From Perkinsus olseni (lineage: Eukaryota): 64,000 nucleotides of DNA. The notes beneath the pieces are model-generated. The model was not told the origin of the DNA, did no database searches, and saw only the letters and a list, made by a program, of their open reading frames with translations. Both the position numbers and the translations under genes were made by a program. The stretch's first letter is position 1; each line of letters begins with the position of its first letter. The stretch spans positions 62,001 through 126,000 of the forward strand of contig JABANN010000003.1 of NCBI GenBank assembly GCA_013115125.1, written 5' to 3'. This document shows positions 24,806 to 36,832 of the stretch, in pieces.

Positions 24806-26192
24806 CTACTCATTGCGTTGCTCTACAGGCATCACTTTCGTATACAAGTCGTATCTGAGTGGGCTAAGCGATGACTAGTTCGGTCTAGGACCTAGACTCT
24901 AGGTCGTCCCTCATGACCTTTTCTGTGTTGCTGTCGGAATATTCTGTCGAACCTTGTCGACCATGGTTAAGTCAACGTCCACAGTGAACCAGCCATGCTT
25001 TTCGTCAGTCTCGTCCACAACCTAAACTCCAACGCCGTGGCCGATACTCTTCCCACAGGCCAAGTATTACCTCGCCCCAGGGGTTAACCACCATAGAATG
25101 CCCCCAAGCCTGGTAGTCTTCGGGGTTCTCGCTGCGAGAGGGAGACGCCATCACAACGTAGCACTGCGAGTCGAGTGCTCGCGCCCGTGCAAGCAGCCTC
25201 CAGTGAGCCTGACGAACAGGGCCGGATCACTCGGGAGCCACCCCTGCTTCGACGGTTGACGGAAAGCTTACAGGGCCAGTAGTCATGTTGAAAGCTCCGG
25301 GATAGATGAGCATCTTTAGATCGGGAGCAACATTGCGGAGCAGAGCCGCATACTCTGGGAATCTCACATCATAGCAAATCCCCAGCCTAGAGCGGAGAAG
25401 AAACTGTTAAATCATCTTCACTCATGGCATTCATGCATTCGCTACCCGAAAGGCCCCCAAGGAGTGTCGAAGACGCATGGACCGGTGTTGCCAGGACTCA
25501 AAGTCTCAGACTCAAAAAATCGAATGCCGGGCTTGTCACCATCTGCAGGTACGTCTATGTCGAACAGATGTGCCTGCAACAGAATCGGTGCATCAAGGAC
25601 GCCGCCAGAACAAAGTCAATTATCTAGTGCGCGAACTTGTACTTTCCGATGTGTCTTCACCAGCTCGCCCGAGTCGTTGACCACTAGGGCGGTGTTATAC
25701 ACTTTGTCTCCTTCGAGCTCGGGTATGGTACCACCGATGATCCATACCTATACCACAGACGGGTAAACGGAAGAGTTCTAACTAAGAGGCCATACCCTCT
25801 TTTCCTTGGCGACTTCCTTGACCATATCTAGCGTAGGGCTATTGTGTATGCGTTCGCCGTACTGCCGGAAGTACCTTATCACGATGGCCGTCAATAGGGC
25901 AGCCTACGATCAGCAGTTACTTCGGATGGTAGGGACACGTGAACATCTCCCCCAGGACACAGAGATCGGGTTTAGACATTTCGATTGCTGCCAAGAGCGT
26001 CTCTCGAGCACCTGATGACAGAGAGCCCACGATACCAGCAACGCAGCCCTCGCGAGAATGAGTGCATAGTCCGTGATTGAGACCGAAGTATTGCGACATA
26101 CCGCGAAGAGAGCTGGCCTTGTCGGGGAGCACTTTTGTTTGCAGGAGTGCTACACGCAGTGAGGACTTGAGAGCAGGGGAAGCTGCCGACAT
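24806..26192 (-). CDS. NIT2: Omega-amidase Nit2-like (nitrilase family)
   Basis: LRVALLQ, LGEMF, YNTA...[53 protein letters not shown] and VRQNIP. Confidence 0.92.
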
Positions 26193-26851
26193 GGAGGAGG
26201 TATACACAGACAATAAAAATCTACGAATCTACTTCATACACTGATGATTACCAGAACCGCGGAGGATGACTTAGGAGGATCTTCGGGTGATAATTCGACG
26301 TCCGATCGTCGGTTGGCTCACACCCTGTCTAAAATCCTTGTACACTGGAAGAAACACAACCGTCTTTGTCCAAAATGAAACAGTCTGCTCTGTAAAACAG
26401 TCTCTGTATAAGTTATACAGTACAACCGGCGCGCGAGACGCTGATAATGCTGTAGTGTTCCAACCCGGGCGCTGGAGGGGTTACCGCAGACCGAGCAGAA
26501 GCACAGTTTACGAACTACTGACACTAATACTCTGGTAGTCAGTAGCTGACTCACTACTGCAGCTAGCAAGGCAAGCACGGAGTGGGAACAAAAATAAGCT
26601 TCGGGTGTTTGCGGACAGCTAGGTTTGACATGACGACTGGAAGGACGTCACTGTACGATAGCCCTCTTCTGGCTGAATTAATAGCGTCTGTCACAAGCGG
26701 GCAGCAACCAAAGCGAGAAACTTATGGACGCGTACATATATGGTTGCTCGCTCGAAGGCGACTCGAGCTCACGATGAAGTGCGCCTTGAAGGCCAAAAAA
26801 ATTGAAACAACACGTAGTGAACCAGTCGTCATGGTAGAGCGTCACTTGCTG

Positions 26852-28232
26852 TCAGTGGTCCAAAAATTCATCGAAACGCGGGAGTGCGTTCGAAAGCGCC
26901 CCTGACGAGCGCGCGCTGAGAGCGCATGTAACAGTCCCTTGGCCGAATGAGGATGAGACAGCTAAGCCATCGCTGCCTGTAAGGTTCAGATACAGCCTTC
27001 CGCTGCAGCAAGCTAGAAAATCTAGAAGAGGCTCAGCACCGTCAAACTCATTAAGACCTTCCATAAAAGAATCGTCATCAGTATCCGGGGCGGAGTAGCT
27101 GGCAATGTCTTCACAGTCCATCGTACTCACACCATCCAATGCCAGGCGAAAATTCAACCAGGAGGTGGTAGTCTCAGTCGAAACGGATTCCGCGGAGGTC
27201 TTCGAACGAGGTTCGATTATCGTTTGGTGTAGCGGGCAGTACGTACTTGGCCAGCGTGCGAGTTTCTGAAGAAGATGTTCCAAACCATCTCGATTGGCAG
27301 CACGTCGTCTCACCTGGCAGAGCGGATAGTCGCATTTCCTGCCAGCTCCATGATTAACACACAAGCCGGTACTGCGATAGGCCACACGCCCACAGCCACA
27401 TATGCCGCACCTAGCACCTCCTCCGTGAGCAAAGCAGAAACCTGTACTTCCTGAGAGCACCATGGCATAGAAGCTCTACGTACAACACTGTCCGCACCTC
27501 TAGCACTCTTTGTACATTCCGGGAACTCGCAGCGACGTCCTCCGCCATGAGACACGCATTTGTCGCTGCGACCGACTGCTGACCGAGGACAGCCTTTGAA
27601 TTGGCACCGCCGGCCTCCCCCGTGGCCAATACAGAGACTCGTTGCTCCTTGAGCGAACCGACTACAACCACCTGCAAGGAAGAGCACAGCCATAACAAGT
27701 CAGCCCGGAGGCCATCCTGGTCAGTTAATCTCTCGCGTTGAGTGGAAACAGATCTTTCACGAGCAAACAGCATCGCACAGAGTTAAAAAAGGGCGATTGG
27801 CCTGGACCTTCATTTCCGGTGAACCACCAGTCTACTGCGAACGGACCCGAATCGCTAACTTAATACTCATTCACGCAATATACTGAGCACAGAATCCCTG
27901 CGCATTGGTCTAATGCCCCTTGAGTTCTAGCCTAGTACTATCTTCAAATCCAGAGAGTTTGCCAACGTTGTGCGGAGACCTCAAGCATGCTCCCAGAGCG
28001 ACGAGGAATGACAATCCAAACACATTCGCCCTACTGGGGTGCTGACACAATTTGCCAGTACGCCTCCTTTTCGACCCCTTAGACGGTACCGAGACTTTGC
28101 GGGGAATGCTCTGAAAAAGGGCAAATTCATGAATGAACAATAAGAGCACCCAGATCGGGGCACATTCACACTGCAGCATCCTACTTCCACGGTCCGTGTG
28201 CCTGTGGTTGAGCAAGACCTCGTGCTGGCCAT
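26852..28232 (-). CDS. WRKY19-like Cys/His zinc-finger repeat protein (C..HGGGRRC repeats)
   Basis: Repeats CSRFAQGATSLCIGHGGGRRCQFKGC, CVSHGGGRRCEFPEC, CFAHGGGARC and CVNHGAGRKC; acidic C-terminus. Start codon uncertain. Confidence 0.8.
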
Positions 28233-30238
28233 AGCGGAGGGAAAAACTGACAAACCACGGTGAACGCTTGAGCGGAGCCTAGCCGCTACTCGCAGAACCC
28301 ACAAGCACTCAAACTACACACATACACATCCGAGGACCCTGCCCAATTGAATGCACTGAACACGGGACGAACCGAGGCTGAGGATTCAACAAGTCAAGAG
28401 GATGAGCATCGAAATCGTATAGAGGCAGTACTTCCCAAAAGCCAACACTCCATAGATCGAAGACGGGTGAGCCACGGGTCTACGTCTTCAAGGAGGGCGT
28501 ACGTCCTAGTATATCCACAGTAGAGACACTCAGTACACAAACATGATCTCTACCAATGCCTCGTTGATTCGAGCTGGGGGATAAGGGGCCTGATTAACAT
28601 TGCTACTATCATCAGTGACTGATGGAGAGGGGCTGAGACTGAGCCGGCCATTTGTGGCGCACATTGCTTGTTGCCTTATTACCCCAACAGCACTGACTAC
28701 ATACAATAATTCCAGATAGCATATTAGCGACATAGTACAGGGCTGGCAGAGCAGCAGCTTACCGAACTATGAAATGATGGGTCTTTAGAGGAAGCCGAAC
28801 TCGAAGTCCTCAGAGGAGTCGCAGTAGGGGACCGCTCACCACATCATAACCACCGCGCAGTATGAGCAGAAACTTCCAACGAACAGGTTTACCATGCCGA
28901 TGATGCATAGACATCCAGCAGCACTTCAGAAGACCGAGCATAAGACGAAAATCACGGGCTCTGTTTCACCGAGCATGATACCCTCAGCATACCATTACGG
29001 AGATTCATAACAATGATGTTATGATGGGTGATGGATACAAGCCCCTACCGTACCATTCGACGGCTTCGTTGGCAGCATCAATTTACCGAATTGGGTAAAC
29101 TGCCCTCCACTCCGCCCGCGCGCTGTGATGAGCAAACCGTACCAGGCTCTCCACAAGCGCGACTGCACCTTACTATCGTCATAACAGATACATCGGAGAG
29201 TGGGATCGAGATTCAGCAACACTCGGGAAAAGAGAAATGGGTGACAAACGTGGACGCCGACATCATTGCCAGATCATCATGATCATCCACCGTAACAGCG
29301 AACGAAGCGAGGAAAGGCAACAATAGCGACGACCAGTTACAAAAGAAATAGAAGACTTGTAGAAGAAAAGACAAACGGGCGGCTACGAAAGAGCGATGAC
29401 AAGACAAACGATGATGCTTCTCGCAAAAGATACTTCAAACTCAGCTCTGAGAGCGACACGACTCGCACTCAACTGCGTTCACAAATCCATAATGTATCAG
29501 GAAAATAGTCGAGGTATGCAAGAGGTGCCAAACCGGCGCAGTTGAGGCGAGAAACGTGACGCGGAGCTGTACGAGTATACTAGCAGAGACCAAAGCCGTG
29601 AGTTCAAAGTCGAAAGGCAACAGATGCTTGCGTGTTGTTGAGAGCTATAACAAGACGTTAAACTGCCACCTCCGTTATCAAAAAGTCGGCAAGAACTCTC
29701 TACAGACTAAGAGCAGAGGACTACAGTAGCGTAGGGAGGTTGATGCGACTTCATGCCTCATCCGAAGTATCTAGCACCTAATCAATGACGGAAACCTGGC
29801 AAGCTGCATCGTTATGGGTTTAATCAAATGATACAAAAGAAAGTGTACATCAATGCAGGGCTCATTCGGCAATCCGGAGAGAAGGCCAGTAGACTGCTAC
29901 AGCACATCTGATAGTTTCTGAACCATCAAGTTCACCGTGGTTGTAGCCGCAGAGTTAACCGGAGAACCAAATCATGAGCAGTTACCTGTCTGGCGTTAGC
30001 CTGACAACCAGGGCAGTACTTCGGCAGCATACTCAAAACCCACGAGCAACCGGTAGTCATAGTTGGCAAAGATGCAACCAACAACAGCAGCAGCTCAAAG
30101 CACAAACGACTGTTGTGTTCGCTTCTGGGGAGGCAAAAAACACCGTTGAACTTGTCAAAATCACTAATTTCGTAACCGCTTCGGAGTCTCGTGAAGCGCT
30201 CACCGAAGGGCTCAACGAGACTCTCGAAGGGCAAATAT

Positions 30239-31396
30239 CTACATAGAGATCAAAAAGCTGCTGTTATCGCTACTCGCTAGAGCAGCGCAGCAGCCAGCCA
30301 GACAACTCTGACACAGCACGTCACCATCATTCGAGACGGTATTCTGGCAACCAACGCACCGAGGGAGTTGGGCTACGGGAGCCGAGACGGGTACAGTGTC
30401 AATTTTTGGCGCACCACGAACCATCTGGTAGGACGACCTCGGGATGTTTCTCTCGAGTTCAGCCTGCTCTTCTTCAGGGTCGGAGTCGATGATATCGTGA
30501 GTCAGAGAAGAGGGCAACAAGTTAGCTGGGGAGTTTCCGAACTCGTCCTTCTCGCAGAGCTCCTCCTCGACAGGGTCCGAAATTCTGCCGCAGTCGAACG
30601 TCGCCGCATGCTGAAACCCGTGGGAAGGACTAAAAACACTTGGACTAGAACTCTTCGGCTTGAAACCATCGGGCGATTTCTCGGAACGGGGACTGCTTCC
30701 CGCCACTGATGAGACGGTCGAGTCCGACTTGGGCGGCGATCTCAACTCGGCTTCACCGTGGGCGAAACTGAAAACGAACAAATGAGCTTTCTAAGCACCA
30801 TGAGCTCCTACCGGCATTTGGATCCATGACTGCAGTGACCACTTAACCACCAGATGCACATCACGGTTTTTTCTGTAGCTCGAAGTTCGGCAGCCGAATG
30901 TGCGTAGGTGCACGCAGAACCCTTAGTGCACTTGCCTGACATCAGAAACTCTGCAAGTAGACAGAATGCCATCGATGTTGTTATTACCTTGCCTGTAAAG
31001 TCTACAAAGACTCGTTTTCTTTAAGTTCGGCTGCTGTTGCAGCTCCGACGTAGAGTGAGCGAAGAAACACTTCGAACCGTAATGACAGCGTCCTTCCAAG
31101 TAGAGGCTACACACCTGAATCGAGAGCAACGATTCACGCTATAACAGGCAGCACGAAGCAATACCGCCCGCCGAAAACAATACCTTAGTTTTCAGCAGGT
31201 GCTTGCTGAGGTCCACTGGTCGCATCTTCTTGTTGTCGCTCCCTCCGCGACTTCTTCCCTTGTTGCTGTTGTTGGCATGATTACGAGATGGTCTGCTTGG
31301 GGGCTCCGTAGCTGACCTTCTCATTTCAGTAGCAGAAGGTGAGTTGAGCTCAGGGCTCTGCTTGCGGGGCGCTTCTCCCAGAACAGACGACGACAT
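30239..31396 (-). CDS. Triple CCCH (C-x8-C-x5-C-x3-H) zinc-finger RNA-binding protein, TIS11-like
   Basis: KTKVCSLYLEGRCHYGSKCFFAH, KTSLCRLYRQGKCTKGSACTYAH and KTVMCIWWLSGHCSHGSKCRFAH after removing 3 introns. Confidence 0.9.
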
Positions 31397-31949
31397 TTTT
31401 CAATAAATCTCGCAGCACGGAATGTTGCTGAAAGAACGATCGGTAATACGCGGTGTCATTCATCCACTCCCAACCCATTCACAAAGCCAAAGAACTTCTG
31501 GAGAGACGGAATACCTATCAAATAAACGCTCACGATTTCTCTTTCTTCCGGCGAGTCCGGCCGAAAACCGAGTTCGCATCGAATCTTTTGGAATGGGGAC
31601 AGATCCGACACAAGAACCAAACCCTGTCACACTACGAGAAGAATATCGTCCATGGCCCACACGGAGGGCTATTGGGCTCTACAAGATGTAAATCGAATAA
31701 GTATTTCTCATAAGAACCGTCCTCTCCTACTGTACCGACCCCAGAGAGGCATCAAGACTGATATAGCTAACGCGCAGAATACCGCTCCGCTGCACGAAAG
31801 TAGCGCTCGCCCGATGTCGCAGAAAAGTCACTGACTGAAGACAACTCAAAAATCGTTCTTGTTGGTGGAAGAGGGGTAATGAGGTTATGATGAAACAAGT
31901 AACTGACGTGATTGGGACACCAGAGGGCATAGGCCTCAACTGGCGTCAT

Positions 31950-34714
31950 TTAGCTTCTTCCGCCCAACTGGAACTTCTTCCGGCGCTTCTTCATGGCCAA
32001 CGAATTCACCTTCGGCTGGCCAGCGCGATCACTATGGCCACCAACATGCTTCCGGTGACGAATCTTCCACAGCTTGCGACCAGAGATGGGTGCTAACGAT
32101 TCGACGTTTACGCCAACTGAAACGGAAATACTTGAGACGAGTAAGCGTGCACAGCGTGACATCATTCGAGACACATGTCGAGACAGAACTCACCATTTGA
32201 AGGCTCCTTTCGCAACATGCGGTCTCGCATGCTTCCAGTAAGCAGGCGCTTTCTGGCCGACTCGAATGTCTTCAACGGATCAGACGACATCTTCCGCTTC
32301 ACACCTGTGAAAGGGTATCATCAAGCCTTTGAAGCCCCGCGTCAGCACGTCGGCCAGCTTCGAGAACCTACCTTTCCCCTTCTTTTCTTCTGCACTGCTC
32401 CCCTTCCCCAGAGCCGCAAGCTTAACAGGATTGGACTCATCTCCATCCGCGTCTAAGGAGTTCAAGAAACTCTGCGGTACGAGGTACTCCGGCAGATCCT
32501 TCAAGTTCTTCTTGATCGTGGAACCGGCAACCTGACCACCAACACACATGAAACTGCAGACTTTGCATAGAACCAAGGTAACCTTTGGCCGAGCATGCCA
32601 CGGAAGACATCCACCGCATCGGGATACGACGTCGCACCGCTTGCATCATTCTCACCTTGGCGTTGTTCTGCCTTAAACTCTTTCGAAGAGCTTTGGCATC
32701 TTCAGTATTCTCCTGCAATTGCTGTTTCATCTTATCCGAGTGTAACACCTCCCTCATGAGCTCAGATTGGCGCAACACAGCTACTGCCTGAGATCGAGCC
32801 GCAATGACCCCCCCCCCCGCGCCTGTTCGTCCACTAGAAGTGCATCACTACCTTCTTCGTGATCGAGTGCGACACATCTTCGACCCGGTACTTCAAGCTG
32901 GCAAGTTCAGCGATATCCAGTGGCAACGCTTCAATCTCAACCCCGGCCTCTTCGATCTCGGCTAGTACCTGAATTCAGGATAAATCCGTGGCAGTCAGAC
33001 AAGCAAGCACTGCAGCGATACGTATGAAACCCCTGCCTCATCCTCGAATCCGGACAACTACCTCCTGCCACTGCTCAAAATCATCCACCAATGTAAGAGC
33101 CGTACCGTTAGCGCCACCTGACATCACAGAATGCGTTGACACGGAGACCGAAGCGGCAAAAAAGAATCTCCAGCTGTAGCACCTCGGGCCGTCCTTCCCA
33201 CACGATGAACATACTCTCTGGCAGTCTCGGGCATATCAGCATTGAGGACAGCCTTCACGTCGACGAAGTCGAGACCTCTGCAGAGCGATCCAATCCTGAT
33301 CATCGCTCGAACCCGTTGTTCCGCCTACCTATGTATAGCCTGCTCCTCTGCTCCCGAGCCCGACACAGCTTGATTCGTTGCGATTAGGACGTCGATGGCG
33401 TTCATGTTGAAGGACTCGATGATCTGGTTGCGGCTCAGGAAGGGTAACTCATAGTTAAGCACAGCGACACTCCCCATAGAGAACTTATCCAGCAGTAGCT
33501 TGTAGCGGTAAGCACTGTCAATGTCCTTGGCAAAGATCAACGTCTTCCCCACCAAAAGCTTCAGTTTCAGCAAACCATAGACAACCAAGTACTTCTCATC
33601 CGGTCTTAGAGGAAGGTAGAACTGCTTCAGGTGGCCCTCGCCGCCAGCGGCCCCGCTTTCAGCGTCCTCCAATTTAACGATGACCGGTTTATGCAAGCAT
33701 AGGCCCTTAAGGGTCTCCACATCATCGTTGAGGGTGGCACTGAGTAACATGCATTGATAGCGATCAAGATACCCCAGCACGCCCTTAATATCATCCTCAT
33801 AGCCATATGACAGCATAAGGTCAGCCTCATCAATAACGAGGTGCTTGATCGTAGGGCCTAGGTCTTTCCGGGCCTTCAACACGGAAAGACATGCTGCGGG
33901 AGTGCAGACCAAGATACTAGGCAACGCCTTCCGATAGGGATGAGTCGTAGTGTGCATATCACATGAGATGACGTCGAAAGCATAGTGCAAGAGTGAGTTC
34001 ACCACCTGGTTCACCTACAGATATAAACGTGCCTCCCCAACGTTCTTTGTACCGAGGACTCTACCTGCACGCAGAGTTCCTTAGTAGGCACCAGGACGAA
34101 GGCCGTCAAGGGGTGCCTGGTTCCACTCTTGGGTGCGTTGGCCAAGAGCTGCTGCAGTAACGGTACCACATACGCGATAGTCTTACCACACCTGCACAAC
34201 GATTGAAGTAGTTCGTCTATACGCCATGATTAAACATTAAGGCCACACAGCTACAGCCTGCTAGGATACGGTAACCGGTATCAGACACCACGGTTAATCA
34301 ATAACTCTCCCGATGTACTACCCAGTCCTGGCCTTCACTAACACATCCTTATTCTCCAGCACCGATGGGATGGCCCTCGACTGCACGAGCGCCGGCCTTT
34401 CGAATTCCAGCTTGTTCAGAGCCTTTGATATGCGGCGATCTGTCCGACACACACAAATAGCAACGCGATATAGACCAGCGCAGCAGTCAAGCGCAAGTGT
34501 GAAGGGTCCCATCTGCTCATTCCCGCGTGAAAAAAGCCACGTCCACGCCCAGGTACGCTCGGCGCCCTCGACCCGTCCATGTACTACCTATCCCATGCTT
34601 CTCGCAGAAATCAGTCCAGTTTATAGAGTAGTCTAGCACCGCATAGGAGAGCTCCCCTTGCTGCTGCTCCTCTTCCTGCGGTGGTTCAAGATCGCCTTCA
34701 GTTCCCGATGACAT
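31950..34714 (-). CDS. DBP9: DEAD-box RNA helicase DBP9/DDX56
   Basis: Q motif, [51 protein letters not shown] and [10 protein letters not shown]. Confidence 0.92.
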
Positions 34715-34863
34715 GGAGAAGTCTTGGGTGATTGCGGCAAAACCTTGAACGGCTGAGGCGCGCGCCATATGCGGCAGCGGAGCGAAGCGAGATTTGCATG
34801 CCATTTTCAAATCGAAAGTTGTGTCACTGCCCTTTCGGGTCGCCATCATGCCGCTCGCAGAAC

Positions 34864-34977
34864 AGTCCTGTAGGATTTGGCTGGTTAAGGTTGACAAACG
34901 TTTCACTTGTGATCCGTATAATCTACCATGTCAGACGTGTATAATTCCGTTCCCACTCAAAAAAGTCCTGTAGGATT
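34864..34977. promoter_or_regulatory. 14-bp direct repeat AGTCCTGTAGGATT x2 in a divergent intergenic region
   Basis: Exact copies at 34864-34877 and 34964-34977. The core TCCT-GT-AGGA is dyad symmetric. Confidence 0.45.
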
Positions 34978-35293
34978 CTAGGCAGAAGTTGACTTTCGGC
35001 AGATCACAATAACGGAGTTCTCGGAGAGCTGGAGTTCCTTTAGCAGTGAAATTCGAACAGCAGAATCTGTTCTCGGATATGCAAAGAACTGACAAGGTTA
35101 TGATCTTTACGTGCTCGTTGGTAGTACGTTTGAATGGCGGTGTCGGACATCATTTTGTGAAGATTTGGTTCGGGCCCGGTAAATTTTTCCCGGAAAGCAT
35201 GCCTAGATTCTACAGTATTCTGGCGCTAGCTCGAGGATGCATGTGTAGTGCGGAACGGATTCTTGAGCGATTACTCGAGCAGTTTGTTTCACA

Positions 35294-36664
35294 ATGAATC
35301 TGTCCTTGTCTCTGGATAGAGCAGCTCTATGGCACATAGACACGCTTCAAAGGGTAATGCCGTTCATCGAGAGGGACATACCTCTGGTGCCTGAGGCTCT
35401 AGAGCATATAGCATCTGAATTGCGGTCGACCTGTGAGCGCAGGGCTGTAATATTGTACAGAGCTCTAAGTTGGCTCTTGCCTCCCTTTTTGATCGTGCTC
35501 TACTGCTTTGCTAACTGCGATGCCAGTGTTTTCGTATTGGTGTTCGTACGGCCTTTGCTTGACGGTTGGCTTGCGCCGTATATTGGCCGGGTTCCACAGA
35601 AACCGGGGCAGTCGGCGTTGTCTGCACAAGAGCTTGTGCTCTTCGGAGTCGGTCTGCACGTTATTCAGCTTATTTACCTGTGTCATACTGTAGCAATATT
35701 GAGCAGTCCTTACGGATTCTGTAGTAATATTTTCCTCTTCCTTGTCACAGGGTTCACCAGTTATTCCTACTGGGTTACCATTATACTGTGCATTGTTAAG
35801 AACGCCATAATCTCTATGGTATCTATAACACAAATTGCTGTGCTCGATACCATTCATCAGGAGTATATATCGGCCTACTGGTGCAGCTGCGCCATAGTTT
35901 TGGCGGTTCTCACTCCGGTGCATCTCGAGACCGTCGCTCGTATTGTAGCGGAGCGAGAGGCTGATAGTTATAAGTCCCACATGCATGACTTACTACGGGC
36001 GAGCTTCGATGCTACCATTTGGGTTGACAACGATCTGCGGGTCGTCGGAGACTCCGACCCTCGGCTGGATTATGTCTTCCTGACTCCGATGAGGGATAAA
36101 TCCCTGCTCGACTTTGTCGAAGACGAGACAGAACGGGAGCGGTTCGAGCTTTATGCGGCCAAGTCGAGAGCGTCGCGATCAACCACGCTGTTCCATGCAA
36201 CTTTCCGGACTGCAGCTGAAGAAGGCTGTCGACACTTCGATGCTGATGTGTATATGACCTCCAAGTACTCTTTGTGGTTGCAGGCCGGTCAGCAGCATCT
36301 GATTGGACTCCGTCTCCGAGACAACCGATCAGAGCCAGGCTCGCCTAAGCAAAGCAACGGCTGCAGCTTCCTCACTGATATATCGGGACAATGGGAGTGT
36401 CCAGAGTGCCGGTGTGTCAACTTTGACAATGCTGATACGTGTATTCTATGTGAGAGGCCTCGAGGTCAGTTGTTGGGCTCCGTAGATGGTTGCAGCTCAG
36501 TGGTGGGTCGAAGTCATCACGTGAGTCGTCACGCTGCTAGTTCGACCAAGAGCTTCATTTTCGATACCATTTATGAGGACGATGAAAGTGAGGCTGACGG
36601 AGACGAGGAGGACATGGTCGACGTTGCCGACAAGCCGGCGGGCATCCGGCAGAGGAGCCCGTGA
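35294..36664 (+). CDS. Multi-pass membrane protein with PAS-like region and RanBP2-type zinc finger, intronless
   Basis: About 5-6 hydrophobic segments; LLRASFDATIWVDNDLRV...SLLDFV PAS-like segment; WECPECRCVNFDNADTCILC (W-x-C-x2-C-x3-N-x6-C-x2-C). Confidence 0.75.
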   Translation: MNLSLSLDRAALWHIDTLQRVMPFIERDIPLVPEALEHIASELRSTCERRAVILYRALSWLLPPFLIVLYCFANCDASVFVLVFVRPLLDGWLAPYIGRVPQKPGQSALSAQELVLFGVGLHVIQLIYLCHTVAILSSPYGFCSNIFLFLVTGFTSYSYWVTIILCIVKNAIISMVSITQIAVLDTIHQEYISAYWCSCAIVLAVLTPVHLETVARIVAEREADSYKSHMHDLLRASFDATIWVDNDLRVVGDSDPRLDYVFLTPMRDKSLLDFVEDETERERFELYAAKSRASRSTTLFHATFRTAAEEGCRHFDADVYMTSKYSLWLQAGQQHLIGLRLRDNRSEPGSPKQSNGCSFLTDISGQWECPECRCVNFDNADTCILCERPRGQLLGSVDGCSSVVGRSHHVSRHAASSTKSFIFDTIYEDDESEADGDEEDMVDVADKPAGIRQRSP

Positions 36665-36832
36665 CCTGGCTTCTCGATTGCATAATATTTTCCCCACGTC
36701 CAACCGGTCCGATAGCTGCGAGGCAGCTCTCTTGTATCTCTACGTAACATTTAATTAGCCTATTTCACAGATCTGTCGAGTTTGTGTGGGTCGAATTCAT
36801 TTTCGTACTAGTTTTATTCGATCGTTCTTCTA

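Noticed and set aside
24806-26192. Nit2 as a third member of the NRPS/Lnt cluster
   Set aside because: It is an ordinary intron-rich housekeeping omega-amidase on the opposite strand, separated by Nup50 and other genes. It shares only the fold with Lnt.
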